A stretch of DNA of 35,742 nt from an uncultured Bacilli bacterium. GTDB taxonomy: Bacteria; Bacillota_I; Bacilli_A; RF39; UBA660. Where the stretch lies: the NCBI GenBank assembly GCA_947625085.1, contig CANQMV010000004.1, forward strand, positions 1 to 35,742. The letters run 5' to 3'. Both the position numbers and the translations under genes were made by a program. The notes below the pieces were generated by a model. The model ran no database searches. It saw nothing but the letters and a program-made list of their open reading frames with translations, and had not been told where the DNA came from. Below are positions 17,927 to 27,719 of this stretch, piece by piece (the stretch's first letter is position 1; each line of letters begins with the position of its first letter).

Positions 17927-18448
17927 ATGAAAGGATTAAAGATGAATTTATTTAAAAAAAATAAGAAAGTTAGTAGTAGTGTAATTAATAATTTAGAATT
18001 TGATAAAAAAGCTAATTTTTATAAAGGAGTAACTTATATCAATAAATTTAAGAGTGAATGTGAAGTAATAATTGAAGGGGCAACTATTGAATATGCAGAT
18101 AAATGTATTAATTATTTAAATGAAGAAATAGAAGATGAAATTTTTGCTCAAATTTTAGAGTATTTAGTTAAATATTGTAATTATTATGTTGAAGATGACC
18201 CTTATATTGATATTCCGGTTAAATTAAGTAAAGAGGAAGTTTTAGATTATATAAAAGATATTTCAATTCAAATATATAAACCGGAAAGAGAGACGATAGG
18301 TTTTGTTATTTTGGGTGATTGTGCTTGGAATATTGAAGAGGGATTTGCTATTGTTATTAATGATAATAAAATCAAATATGTAGGTCCAAATGAAAAAGTA
18401 TATAATCCATGGGCTGAATATGATTGCATTTTTCAATTTGATGATTAA
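17927..18448 (+). CDS. Hypothetical acidic protein, DUF6985-like
   Basis: C-terminal GDCAWNIEEGFAIVI...KYVGP resembles the CxWxxEHGl..vG pattern. Start may be ATG 17942. Confidence 0.55.
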   Translation: MKGLKMNLFKKNKKVSSSVINNLEFDKKANFYKGVTYINKFKSECEVIIEGATIEYADKCINYLNEEIEDEIFAQILEYLVKYCNYYVEDDPYIDIPVKLSKEEVLDYIKDISIQIYKPERETIGFVILGDCAWNIEEGFAIVINDNKIKYVGPNEKVYNPWAEYDCIFQFDD

Positions 18449-18457
18449 AAAATAAAT

Positions 18458-18496
18458 AATAATATTAGGAAGTTTTATTTCTAATATTATTTTTTT
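18458..18496 (+). terminator. Intrinsic terminator
   Basis: AATAATATTAGGA...TTCTAATATTATT followed by Ts. Confidence 0.6.
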
Positions 18497-18537
18497 ACAC
18501 TTAAAATGTAAAGTTAGTTTAAAAATCAGTAAAAAGA

Positions 18538-18601
18538 TTTACAAATCTTTAAAAATTGCTATAATTATAATTGAAGTATGGCACAAAGTGGGGAAAAGTG
18601 G
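18538..18601 (+). promoter_or_regulatory. dcw promoter with MraZ-binding repeats
   Basis: TTTACA..TGcTATAAT, then ATGG/GTGG/GTGG at 18578, 18588 and 18598 (10-bp period), the known MraZ box arrangement. Confidence 0.8.
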
Positions 18602-18610
18602 TGAATTATT

Positions 18611-19039
18611 ATGTTGATGGGAGAATATCAAAATAATATTGATTTAAAAGGAAGAGTAGTAATTCCTAGTAAATTTCGAGAAGAGTTAGGTGAAAAAATT
18701 GTTTTAACAAGAGGCCTTGATGGTTCATTATTCATATACTCAATCGAGATGTGGAATAAGTTAACTGAAAAATTAACAACGCTATCTTTTACTGATAAAA
18801 ACTCTCGTAACTTTACAAGATTTATCACATCTGGTGCTAATACTTTAGAGTTTGATAAACAAGGGCGAATTATTATTCCCAGTTATTTAAAAGACTATGC
18901 TGCTTTAGAAAAGGAAGTCGTACTTGTAGGCGTTTTAAATCGAATTGAAATTTGGTCTTTAAAAAATTGGAATTCATTTATGGATAATAATTGGCAAGAT
19001 TTATCAAATATTTCTTCAGATTTATTTAATTCAAATTAG
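18611..19039 (+). CDS. mraZ: Transcriptional regulator MraZ
   Basis: [33 protein letters not shown]. Confidence 0.96.
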   Translation: MLMGEYQNNIDLKGRVVIPSKFREELGEKIVLTRGLDGSLFIYSIEMWNKLTEKLTTLSFTDKNSRNFTRFITSGANTLEFDKQGRIIIPSYLKDYAALEKEVVLVGVLNRIEIWSLKNWNSFMDNNWQDLSNISSDLFNSN

Positions 19040-19048
19040 GAGGTTAAG

Positions 19049-19972
19049 ATGCATTATAGTGTTATGTTAAAAGAAGCAATCGATTCTCTTAATTTGAAAG
19101 ATACGGGAATCTACGTTGATGCGACTTTAGGGTATGCTGGACATACCAGTGAAATTTTAAAGCGAGTAAAAAGGGGTTTTATATTCGCCTTTGATCAAGA
19201 TATAAATGCTATCAATTATAGTCAAGAAAAACTAGCCAAAATAGGTTCTAACTTTTTAATTATCAAAAGTAACTTTTTATATATGAAAGAAGAACTTTTA
19301 AAACATAATATTAAAAAAGTTGATGGCATCTTGTTTGATCTTGGAGTAAGTTCACCACAACTAGATACCAAAGGAAGAGGATTTAGTTATAAACTAGATA
19401 GTAGACTTGATATGCGAATGGATTTAGATAATAAATTATCTGCTTATGAAGTTGTAAATAATTATGAAGAAAAAGAGTTAGCCAGAATAATCTTTACTTA
19501 TGGCGAAGAAAAATATGCAAGACAAATTGCTAAAAATATAGTTATAGCAAGGAATAAGAAAAAAATTGAAACAACTTTAGAACTTCAAGAAATTATCAAA
19601 AATAGTATGCCAGTTAAAGAAACTCTTGCTAAAAATCCAGCTCGAAAAACTTTTCAAGCTATAAGAATAGAAGTAAATCATGAACTTGATATTTTAGAGG
19701 AAAGTTTAAAAAAGGCTCTTAGTCTTTTAGATATAGGCGGAAGACTTGCGGTTATTACTTTCCATTCACTAGAAGATAGGATTGTAAAAAATTTATTTAA
19801 AGAAGTAACTAGTCTTCCTAAATTAGTTCAAGGATTACCAGAAATTCCTTTAGAATATCAAGTTAAATATAAATTAGTAACCAAAAAAGCTTTAACACCT
19901 AGTGATAGAGAATTAAAAGAAAATAATCGAAGTAGGTCAAGTAAACTACGGGTAATAGAAAGGATAAGATAA
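19049..19972 (+). CDS. rsmH: 16S rRNA (cytosine1402-N4)-methyltransferase RsmH
   Basis: DATLGYAGH, DLGVSSPQLD..RGFSY, FQAIRIEVN, ITFHSLEDR. Confidence 0.97.
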   Translation: MHYSVMLKEAIDSLNLKDTGIYVDATLGYAGHTSEILKRVKRGFIFAFDQDINAINYSQEKLAKIGSNFLIIKSNFLYMKEELLKHNIKKVDGILFDLGVSSPQLDTKGRGFSYKLDSRLDMRMDLDNKLSAYEVVNNYEEKELARIIFTYGEEKYARQIAKNIVIARNKKKIETTLELQEIIKNSMPVKETLAKNPARKTFQAIRIEVNHELDILEESLKKALSLLDIGGRLAVITFHSLEDRIVKNLFKEVTSLPKLVQGLPEIPLEYQVKYKLVTKKALTPSDRELKENNRSRSSKLRVIERIR

Positions 19973-19973
19973 A

Positions 19974-20267
19974 ATGAAAAGCCATAAAAAGAAAAAAATT
20001 AAAATTTCGAAGTTTGAAAAATGTTTATATGCTCTTGCTATAATTATGGTTTCTTTATGTCCACTTATGACAGTTTTTGAAAAATCTACTTTATCAGAAG
20101 TTAATTATGAAGTTGAAAAAATTAAAACCAAAATTGCAGAACAAAAAAAGGCTAATGAAAGTTTAGAAATGAAAATAAATGAATTAGCAAGTTTAGAAAA
20201 TATTCAAAAAGTAATTGAAGATGAAGGACTTGTTTATAATAATGATAATATAAAAAATATTGATTAA
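19974..20267 (+). CDS. ftsL: Cell division protein FtsL
   Basis: Basic N-terminus, one TM, coiled coil ending ELASLENI..VI...GL. Lies between rsmH and pbp. Confidence 0.85.
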   Translation: MKSHKKKKIKISKFEKCLYALAIIMVSLCPLMTVFEKSTLSEVNYEVEKIKTKIAEQKKANESLEMKINELASLENIQKVIEDEGLVYNNDNIKNID

Positions 20268-20297
20268 CAGTTAAATAGTTGAAAACAAGGAGGCTAC

Positions 20298-22415
20298 ATG
20301 AAAAAAGAGGTTAAAGTTAAAATTAGTAATCTATTTTTAATTATGGCTCTTTTTTTCTTTTTAGTTATAATTGTTCGGGTTTCATATATTGCAATTAGTC
20401 CTGAAGTTGATGATATAAATATTCAAGACCTTGCTTCTAAAAGAACTACTAAAACGACAATTTTAAAGGCTAATCGGGGAACTATATTTGACAATTCCGA
20501 TAATATTTTAGCTCAAGATGTTTCAAGTTATACTTTAATTGCTTATCTTGATTCAAAAAGAACAACTGATGAAAATAAGCCTATGCATGTTGTAGATAAA
20601 GAAAATACAGCTTTAGTTTTATCGAAACTTTTAGATATGAAATATGAAACTGTTTTAAGTTATTTAAATCGAGAAAATGTTTATCAAACTGAATTTGGAG
20701 CTAAAGGAAGAGGGTTAACAGAACTTGAAAAAGATACTATTTTAGCTGCTAATTTACCTGGAATTGATTTTATTGAAACAACTAAAAGATATTATCCTTA
20801 TGGGAAATTTTTGGCTTATTTAATTGGATATGCTAAAACCAAAGAAGACTCTAGTATGACTGGCGAACTTGGAATTGAAAAAGCCTTTAATGATAAATTA
20901 ACAGGAGTTGATGGGAAAACTGTTTATCAAAAAGATTTACGAGGTTATAAAATTTCTGGGACAAAAGAATTAACCGAACCGAAAAAAGATGGTTCAGATA
21001 TTTATTTAACGATTGATAACAGTGTTCAATTTTTTGTTGAAGAAGCTCTTAATAAGGCAAGTGGTGATTATGAATTTGATGAAATGGATATCATAGTTGC
21101 AAATGCTAAAACTGGAGAAATTTTAGCCTATGGAACAACGCCAAGTTTTGACCCTAATATAAGAGATATCACTAATTATTTAGACCCAAATTCTAGTGTT
21201 GCTTTTGAACCCGGTAGTACTATGAAAATATATACTTATATGGCAGCTCTTGAAGCCGGGGTTTATAAAGGTCAAGATTTATATCAATCAGGAAGTTTTA
21301 CAACTAAAGATAAAACAGTAATTCGAGACTGGAATCATGTTGGTTGGGGGAAGATTACTTATGACCAGGGCTTTATTTTCTCAAGTAATACGGCGGTTGT
21401 AAATTTAATGGATAAATATTTAAGTGCTTCCGATTTAAAAAACTATTTAAAACTGCTTGGGTTTGGTGAAAAAACTAATATTGATTTACCAAATGAGGCT
21501 TCCGGAAAGATAGATTTTAAATATGAAACTGAAGTTTTTAATGCTGCTTTTGGACAGGGAATTACAACTACCCCAATTCAACATATAAAAGCCTTAACCA
21601 CGATTAGTAATGATGGAGAATTATTAAAACCTTATATTGTAAAAAAAATAGTTAGCAGCGATAATAAAATTATTGAAAATAAAAGAACTAGTTTAGGAGT
21701 TGTTGCTGGAAGTGATACAATTGAATATATGAAAAATTTGATGTGGCATACTATTAATGATGAAAATGGAGCCGGTCATGCTTATTATTTAGAAGGCTAC
21801 GATATTATTGGAAAAACCGGAACAGCCCAAATTGCTAGTACAAATGGAAGTGGATATTTAACTGGTGAAAAGAATGTTATTAGAAGTATTTCTTTAATGT
21901 TTCCAAAAGATGACCCAGAAATAATAATTTATGGAGCCCTTAAAAGGTCAACTTTAGTAACTCCTTTGTCTAATGCTGTTAAAGAGATAATTCAAAATGT
22001 ATCCAAATATTATAATATTTATGGTTCGAAAGAAGCCAAAAAAGAAAATATTGAAGAAATACCATCCTATTTAAATACGTCTTTAGAAGAGGCTACTACT
22101 AGTTTAAATAAATTAGGAATAACCCCGGTTATAATCGGTGATGGTGATATGGTAATTGACCAATATCCAAAAGATACCCTTATTACTAAAGAAACCAGAG
22201 TTTTCTTATTAACCAATTCGAAAAACTTTGTAATGCCAGATTTAACTAATTATTCAAGAAGTGATTTAGAAGTTTTATTTAAATTTTTAGATATTCCTTA
22301 TATAATAAAAGGAAATGGTTATCTTGTAAGCCAAAGTATAAAACCTTTCGAAAAAATTACTCCAGATATGGAAGTAGAACTGATTTTAAAAAATAAAATT
22401 GAATTAGAAAATTAA
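20298..22415 (+). CDS. pbpB: Class B division penicillin-binding protein with PASTA domains (PBP2B/FtsI)
   Basis: RGTIFD, RYYP, EPGSTMK (SxxK), SSN, GKTGTAQ, two C-terminal PASTA-like repeats. Confidence 0.92.
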   Translation: MKKEVKVKISNLFLIMALFFFLVIIVRVSYIAISPEVDDINIQDLASKRTTKTTILKANRGTIFDNSDNILAQDVSSYTLIAYLDSKRTTDENKPMHVVDKENTALVLSKLLDMKYETVLSYLNRENVYQTEFGAKGRGLTELEKDTILAANLPGIDFIETTKRYYPYGKFLAYLIGYAKTKEDSSMTGELGIEKAFNDKLTGVDGKTVYQKDLRGYKISGTKELTEPKKDGSDIYLTIDNSVQFFVEEALNKASGDYEFDEMDIIVANAKTGEILAYGTTPSFDPNIRDITNYLDPNSSVAFEPGSTMKIYTYMAALEAGVYKGQDLYQSGSFTTKDKTVIRDWNHVGWGKITYDQGFIFSSNTAVVNLMDKYLSASDLKNYLKLLGFGEKTNIDLPNEASGKIDFKYETEVFNAAFGQGITTTPIQHIKALTTISNDGELLKPYIVKKIVSSDNKIIENKRTSLGVVAGSDTIEYMKNLMWHTINDENGAGHAYYLEGYDIIGKTGTAQIASTNGSGYLTGEKNVIRSISLMFPKDDPEIIIYGALKRSTLVTPLSNAVKEIIQNVSKYYNIYGSKEAKKENIEEIPSYLNTSLEEATTSLNKLGITPVIIGDGDMVIDQYPKDTLITKETRVFLLTNSKNFVMPDLTNYSRSDLEVLFKFLDIPYIIKGNGYLVSQSIKPFEKITPDMEVELILKNKIELEN

Positions 22416-22417
22416 CG

Positions 22418-22457
22418 AACTTTTTATCTTAAATTTTTCTCAAGATAAAAAGTTTTT
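22418..22457 (+). terminator. Terminator closing the mraZ-pbpB operon
   Basis: 13-bp stem AACTTTTTATCTT / AAGATAAAAAGTT. Confidence 0.65.
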
Positions 22458-22562
22458 AAACTAAAAAATCTAACAATATTTGCTGTCTAATATTGTCAAA
22501 TTAATTGGTATTTTTAAATTAATGTTAAATAAACATGTTATAATGTATGAGAGGATTATTAT

Positions 22563-23276
22563 ATGATAAAAAAAATACGAAATATAGATGTTAATTATAT
22601 TCAATATGGAAAAGGAGAAGATGTTGTTCTTTTACATGGTTGGGGTCAAAATATTCAAATGATGGAGCCTTTAGGTAAAAATTTAGATAATAAAAGAATA
22701 ACTATTCTTGATTTTCCTGGTTTTGGGAGTAGCGAAAACCCAGATTTTGCTTATACTATTTATGATTACCGCGATTTTTTACATGATTTTTTAGAAGAAT
22801 TAAAAATCAAAAATCCTATTTTAATTGGTCATTCTTTTGGTGGTCGAGTTGCTATTTGTTATGCAGCTTGCTATTCCATTTCTAAATTAGTTTTAATGGG
22901 AAGTCCTTTTAAAGCAACATCCAAAAAGAGTTTAAAAGTAAAAATTCTAAAAACTCTTAAAAAAATTAAATTTTTAGATAAGATAGCTTTATATATGAAA
23001 AATTATATTGGAAGCGAAGATTATAAAGCTGCAAGAGGTATCATGAAAGAAGTATTAGTAAATACGGTTAATGCTGATTTAACCTTAGATGCAACTAAAA
23101 TAAAAGCCGAGACTTTACTAATTTGGGGTGATAAAGATGAAGCTGTTTCTGTAGATGATGCTAAAGAACTTGAAAAAATAATTCCAGATGCTGCCTTAAT
23201 TGTTCTAAGTGGAACGCATTATTGTTATTTAGAAAATTTATTGCAAGTTACTAATATTTTAAAACATTTTATATAG
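22563..23276 (+). CDS. Alpha/beta hydrolase
   Basis: LLHGWG, DFPGFG, GHSFGG nucleophile elbow, WGDKD, C-terminal His. Confidence 0.92.
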   Translation: MIKKIRNIDVNYIQYGKGEDVVLLHGWGQNIQMMEPLGKNLDNKRITILDFPGFGSSENPDFAYTIYDYRDFLHDFLEELKIKNPILIGHSFGGRVAICYAACYSISKLVLMGSPFKATSKKSLKVKILKTLKKIKFLDKIALYMKNYIGSEDYKAARGIMKEVLVNTVNADLTLDATKIKAETLLIWGDKDEAVSVDDAKELEKIIPDAALIVLSGTHYCYLENLLQVTNILKHFI

Positions 23277-23284
23277 GAGGAATT

Positions 23285-24898
23285 ATGTATATATTTATCT
23301 TTGTTTATTTAATTTATATTTTTTATAAAAGTAGAACATCTTTATATATGTTACAACAAAATTTATATAATGAAAATAATCGATATTTAAGATGGATTGC
23401 AAGAAGTCTTACTAGATGTTTTAATCCTGTTGACTTTTTACCATTTCTACTTGCCATCTTTCTTTTCTTATCCAAAGAATCATTTATTATGGAAACGATT
23501 TATCTTTCTATTACTTTAATTTATGTAATTGGTATTTATGATGAATATAAAAAAAATCTTATTAATCAAAACAAGATAAAATTTAATGTAACTAGTCGAG
23601 TAAAAAGACTTTATCTAACCGAATTTTTAATTATTGGTCTTATTTTAACTTCCCTTATTTTAACCAACTTCTCAGGAATTAGTTTAACGTTACTTGCTTT
23701 ACTAATTGCCTTTTTATATCATTTTATTTACCTTGTAAATATCATTAACAAACCAGTTGAAAAATTAGTTTATTTATATTATTTTAATAAAGCTAAAAAG
23801 AAATTATATTCAATGAATAGATTAAAAGTAATTGGAATTACTGGAAGTTATGGCAAAACTAGTAGTAAAAATATTTTAAGTCATCTTTTAGCATCTAAAT
23901 ATATTACAAGACCAACTCCTAAAAATTTAAATACTCCTTATGGTCTAATGATTACAATAAATAATTACTTAGATAAATTTGATGAAATATTAGTAGCTGA
24001 AATGGGAGCTTATGTCGAAGGCGAGATTAAAAATATGTGCGATTTTGTAAAACCTAAATATGGTATTTTAACCATAATAGGAGATGCCCATTTAGAAACC
24101 TTTAAATCAAAAGATAATATTTGTTCATCCAAATTTGAACTTATTGAATCTCTTCCTGAAGATGGAGCTTGTGTTTTAAATTTAGATGATGAATATCAAG
24201 TAAATTATGTTAAAAATGAGTTAAAAAGTAAAGTAAAAATTATTTGGATAGGAATTGATAAAAAAGAGGCTGATTTTTATGCTACTAATATAAAAAGTGA
24301 TAAATATGGAATGAATTTTGATATTTATCATGATAAAGAAAAATATCATATTGAAACTAAATTATTAGGAGTTCATAACGTTTATAATATTTTAGCAAGT
24401 ATTGCTTTAGGTAATGAATTAAAAGTTCCAATTAAAGATATGATTACAAAAGCAAAATCAATTATGCCAGTTGAACATCGTTTAGAAATTAAAAAAGTTT
24501 TAAATATTACAATGATTGATGATGCTTATAATTCCAATCCTGTTGGAGCGAAAAATGCTCTTGAAGTTTTAAAAATGATGGATGGCATTAAAGTAGTTGT
24601 AACTCCAGGGATGATTGAACTAGGCGTTTCTGAAAAAAAACTTAATTACGAATTTGGAAGGAATATTGCTAAAATAGCTGATTATGTAATTTTAATTGGC
24701 GAGACGCGGTGCGAAGAAATAAAACGCGGAATTTTAGATAGTAAATTTAAAAATGAGAATATAAAAGTTTTAAATCGAGTAGTTGATGCTTATCAAGTAT
24801 TAGAAGATTTAAAGAAAAAACATCAAGATTCGGAAGTTTATGCTTTATTTGAAAATGATTTACCTGATATTTATAGTGAAGGAGTGAATAAAAAATGA
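23285..24898 (+). CDS. murF: MurF-like Mur ligase with N-terminal multi-TM domain
   Basis: GITGSYGKTSSK, NLNTPYG, EMGA, AHLETF, DDAYNSNP, TPGMIELG. About 150-aa hydrophobic N-terminus. Confidence 0.85.
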   Translation: MYIFIFVYLIYIFYKSRTSLYMLQQNLYNENNRYLRWIARSLTRCFNPVDFLPFLLAIFLFLSKESFIMETIYLSITLIYVIGIYDEYKKNLINQNKIKFNVTSRVKRLYLTEFLIIGLILTSLILTNFSGISLTLLALLIAFLYHFIYLVNIINKPVEKLVYLYYFNKAKKKLYSMNRLKVIGITGSYGKTSSKNILSHLLASKYITRPTPKNLNTPYGLMITINNYLDKFDEILVAEMGAYVEGEIKNMCDFVKPKYGILTIIGDAHLETFKSKDNICSSKFELIESLPEDGACVLNLDDEYQVNYVKNELKSKVKIIWIGIDKKEADFYATNIKSDKYGMNFDIYHDKEKYHIETKLLGVHNVYNILASIALGNELKVPIKDMITKAKSIMPVEHRLEIKKVLNITMIDDAYNSNPVGAKNALEVLKMMDGIKVVVTPGMIELGVSEKKLNYEFGRNIAKIADYVILIGETRCEEIKRGILDSKFKNENIKVLNRVVDAYQVLEDLKKKHQDSEVYALFENDLPDIYSEGVNKK

Positions 24899-26079
24899 AA
24901 ATTAGGTTAGGAGTTATTTTTGGAGGACGGTCAGTTGAACATGAAGTTAGTATTATAACCGCCATTCAAGCTATTAATAAAATAGATTTAATAAAATATG
25001 AAGTAGTTCCCATTTATATTTCCAAAGAAGGAATTTGGTATACCGGTCGAATGCTTTTAGATATTGATTTATATAGTGATATGGATTTATTAAAACGTTA
25101 TGCTAAAGAAGTAGTTTTAGTAAATCGTGATGGGAGATTTTTAATTCAAAATAAAAAAGGTTTATTTAAAAGAGTTCTAACGGAAATTGATATGGCTTTA
25201 CCAATTATGCATGGTACGAACGGCGAAGATGGAACTTTACAAGGCTATTTAGAAACAGTTGGTATTCCTTACGCTGAAAGTAATGTTTATGCAAGTGCAG
25301 TTGGTCAAGATAAAGTCTTTATGAAACAAATTTTTAAAGAAAATAATGTCAATGTTGTAAAATATAGATGGTTTTTTGATACTGAGTATATGAATGACCC
25401 TGATAAAGTTATAAGAGATTTAGAAAAATTAGACTATCCAATGATTGTAAAACCAGCAACTCTTGGTTCTAGTGTTGGAATTAAAGTTGTTCATGATGAA
25501 CTATCTTTAAAAGAAGCAATTACAGAAGCCATTAAATATGATTGTAAAATTTTAGTAGAAGAAGTTATTAAAAATTTAAAAGAAGTTAATATAAGTGTTC
25601 TTGGTAATTACGAACATCAAGAATTAAGTGTAATTGAAGAAGTTGGAACCACCCATGAACTTTTAACTTATGAAGATAAATATATTGGTGGTAAGAAAGG
25701 CTCTAAATTAAATTCCAAAGGAATGGCAAGTGCTAAAAGATTAATTCCAGCTAATATTTCCGATTCTTTAAAAGAAGATGTTGAAAAACAAGCTTTAAAA
25801 GCCTTTCGGGCTTTAAATTCTAGTGGAGTTGTTAGAATTGACTTTTTAATTGATACGAAAGATAATTCGGTGTATGTTAATGAAATAAATAGTATTCCTG
25901 GGTCCTTATCATTTTACTTATGGGAAAAGACTAATAAAAATTATACCGAATTATTAGAAGATATTATAAATTTAGGAATTGTTAATTATAAAAATAAAAA
26001 AAGTAAAACGAATACTTTTACTAACAATATTTTAGAAGGTTTTAATGGACTAAAAGGAGCTAAAGGAATAAAAAAATGA
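24895..26079 (+). CDS. ddl: D-alanine--D-alanine ligase
   Basis: FGGRSVEHEVS, HGTNGEDGTLQG, GSSVG, YEDKY, RIDF, NEINSIPG. Confidence 0.94.
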   Translation: MKIRLGVIFGGRSVEHEVSIITAIQAINKIDLIKYEVVPIYISKEGIWYTGRMLLDIDLYSDMDLLKRYAKEVVLVNRDGRFLIQNKKGLFKRVLTEIDMALPIMHGTNGEDGTLQGYLETVGIPYAESNVYASAVGQDKVFMKQIFKENNVNVVKYRWFFDTEYMNDPDKVIRDLEKLDYPMIVKPATLGSSVGIKVVHDELSLKEAITEAIKYDCKILVEEVIKNLKEVNISVLGNYEHQELSVIEEVGTTHELLTYEDKYIGGKKGSKLNSKGMASAKRLIPANISDSLKEDVEKQALKAFRALNSSGVVRIDFLIDTKDNSVYVNEINSIPGSLSFYLWEKTNKNYTELLEDIINLGIVNYKNKKSKTNTFTNNILEGFNGLKGAKGIKK

Positions 26080-27587
26080 AAAAAATTATCTTAACAATTT
26101 TAGATGGATATGGACTAAGTGATAAAGTAGAAGGTAATGCTGTTAGATTAGCTCGGACGAAGACTTTAGATAAGATTTTTAATGATTATCCAAATACGAA
26201 AATTAAAGCCAGTGGCGTTGATGTTGGACTTCCAAAAGGGCAAATGGGAAACAGTGAAGTTGGACATATGAATATTGGAGCAGGGAGAATTATTCAAGAA
26301 GATTTAACGAAAATTAATCAAGATATTGAAACAGAAGAATTTTTTCAGAAGGAAAATTTAAGAAAAACTATTTTATATGCTAAAGAAAATAATCAAAAAT
26401 TACATCTTTTAGGTCTTTTATCTGATGGAGGAGTTCATAGTAATATTAATCATTTATTTGCTATTTTAGATTTATGTAAAAAATTAGATTTTAATAAAGT
26501 TTATGTTCATGCAATTTTAGATGGTAGAGATACTATTCCAACAAGTGGAATTAATTTTTTAGAACAACTTATGAAAAAACTTGCTAATTTAAATTTTCCA
26601 GACATTGCAACAGTTATTGGAAGATTTTATGCAATGGACCGTGATAGTAGGTATGAACGAATTGAAAAGGCTTATCGGTTATTTACAGAAGGAGTTGGTT
26701 TTGCAACTACTAATTTGTTGGATACAATTGCCGAAAAATATCAAGCCAATATTACGGATGAATTTATGGAACCAATTATAAATAATCAAGATGGATTAGT
26801 TTCTTTTAAAGACGCTTTAATTTTCTTTAATTTTCGAAGTGACCGAGCAAGAGAAATTACCCGTGCTTTTATTGATTTAGAATTTCCTTATTTTGCAAGA
26901 AAAAATTTAAATCTTTATTATACTGGAATGACGGAATATGATAAAACGATAAAAAATATGCATGTTATATATGAACCTTTAGCTATAAAAAATACTATTG
27001 GAGAGGTAGTTGCAAATTCTAATTTACATCAACTTCGAATTGCCGAAACTGAAAAATATGCTCATGTTACCTTTTTCTTTAATGGGGGAGTAGAAACAAA
27101 ATTTAAAGGCGAGGATAGAATTCTAATCCCATCTCCTAAAGAAGTAAAAACTTATGATTTAAAACCAGAAATGTCAGCTTATTTAGTTTGTGATAAAGTT
27201 TTAGAAAGTTTAGATAAAGATTACTACGATTTAATTGTATTAAATTTTGCTAATCCGGATATGGTAGGGCATACTGGTAATTTAGAGGCTTGTATTAAAG
27301 CAATCGAGGCCATTGATAAGTGTATTGAAAAAATTCTTGCTAAAGTTTTGGAAAAAGATTATGCAATGATTGTAACGGCTGACCATGGAAATTCAGAACG
27401 TATGCTTAATGATGATTTAACTATTAATACATCGCATACAACTAATTTAGTTCCTTTAGCCTTAATTAATTATCAAGATGTTGCTTTAAAAGAAGGACGT
27501 TTATCGGACATTAGTCCAACTATTTTAGAAATTTTAAATATTAAAAAACCTGTTGAGATGACTGGTGAAAGTCTAATCAAAAGATAA
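26076..27587 (+). CDS. gpmI: 2,3-bisphosphoglycerate-independent phosphoglycerate mutase
   Basis: LDGYG, GQMGNSEVGH, SDGGVHS, AETEKYAHVTFFFNGG, DMVGHTG, TADHGN. Confidence 0.97.
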   Translation: MKKIILTILDGYGLSDKVEGNAVRLARTKTLDKIFNDYPNTKIKASGVDVGLPKGQMGNSEVGHMNIGAGRIIQEDLTKINQDIETEEFFQKENLRKTILYAKENNQKLHLLGLLSDGGVHSNINHLFAILDLCKKLDFNKVYVHAILDGRDTIPTSGINFLEQLMKKLANLNFPDIATVIGRFYAMDRDSRYERIEKAYRLFTEGVGFATTNLLDTIAEKYQANITDEFMEPIINNQDGLVSFKDALIFFNFRSDRAREITRAFIDLEFPYFARKNLNLYYTGMTEYDKTIKNMHVIYEPLAIKNTIGEVVANSNLHQLRIAETEKYAHVTFFFNGGVETKFKGEDRILIPSPKEVKTYDLKPEMSAYLVCDKVLESLDKDYYDLIVLNFANPDMVGHTGNLEACIKAIEAIDKCIEKILAKVLEKDYAMIVTADHGNSERMLNDDLTINTSHTTNLVPLALINYQDVALKEGRLSDISPTILEILNIKKPVEMTGESLIKR

Positions 27588-27589
27588 AG

Positions 27590-27615
27590 AAAAATAGATA
27601 ATTGTCTATTTTTTT
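27590..27615 (+). terminator. Intrinsic terminator after gpmI
   Basis: AAAAATAGAT-aatt-GTCTATTTTT-TT. Confidence 0.6.
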
Positions 27616-27719
27616 GTATTTTAAAAGAAAATATTTAACTACTCGTGATTAAGACTTGCTATAATTTTAAAAAAATGCTAGAATTAATTCTAGTTTTAAT
27701 GCTTTATAAAGGAGGTATT

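Noticed and set aside
24895-26079. Van-type D-Ala-D-Lac resistance ligase
   Set aside because: The omega-loop motif ends in Tyr (YEDKY), and there are no vanH/vanX/vanRS genes.
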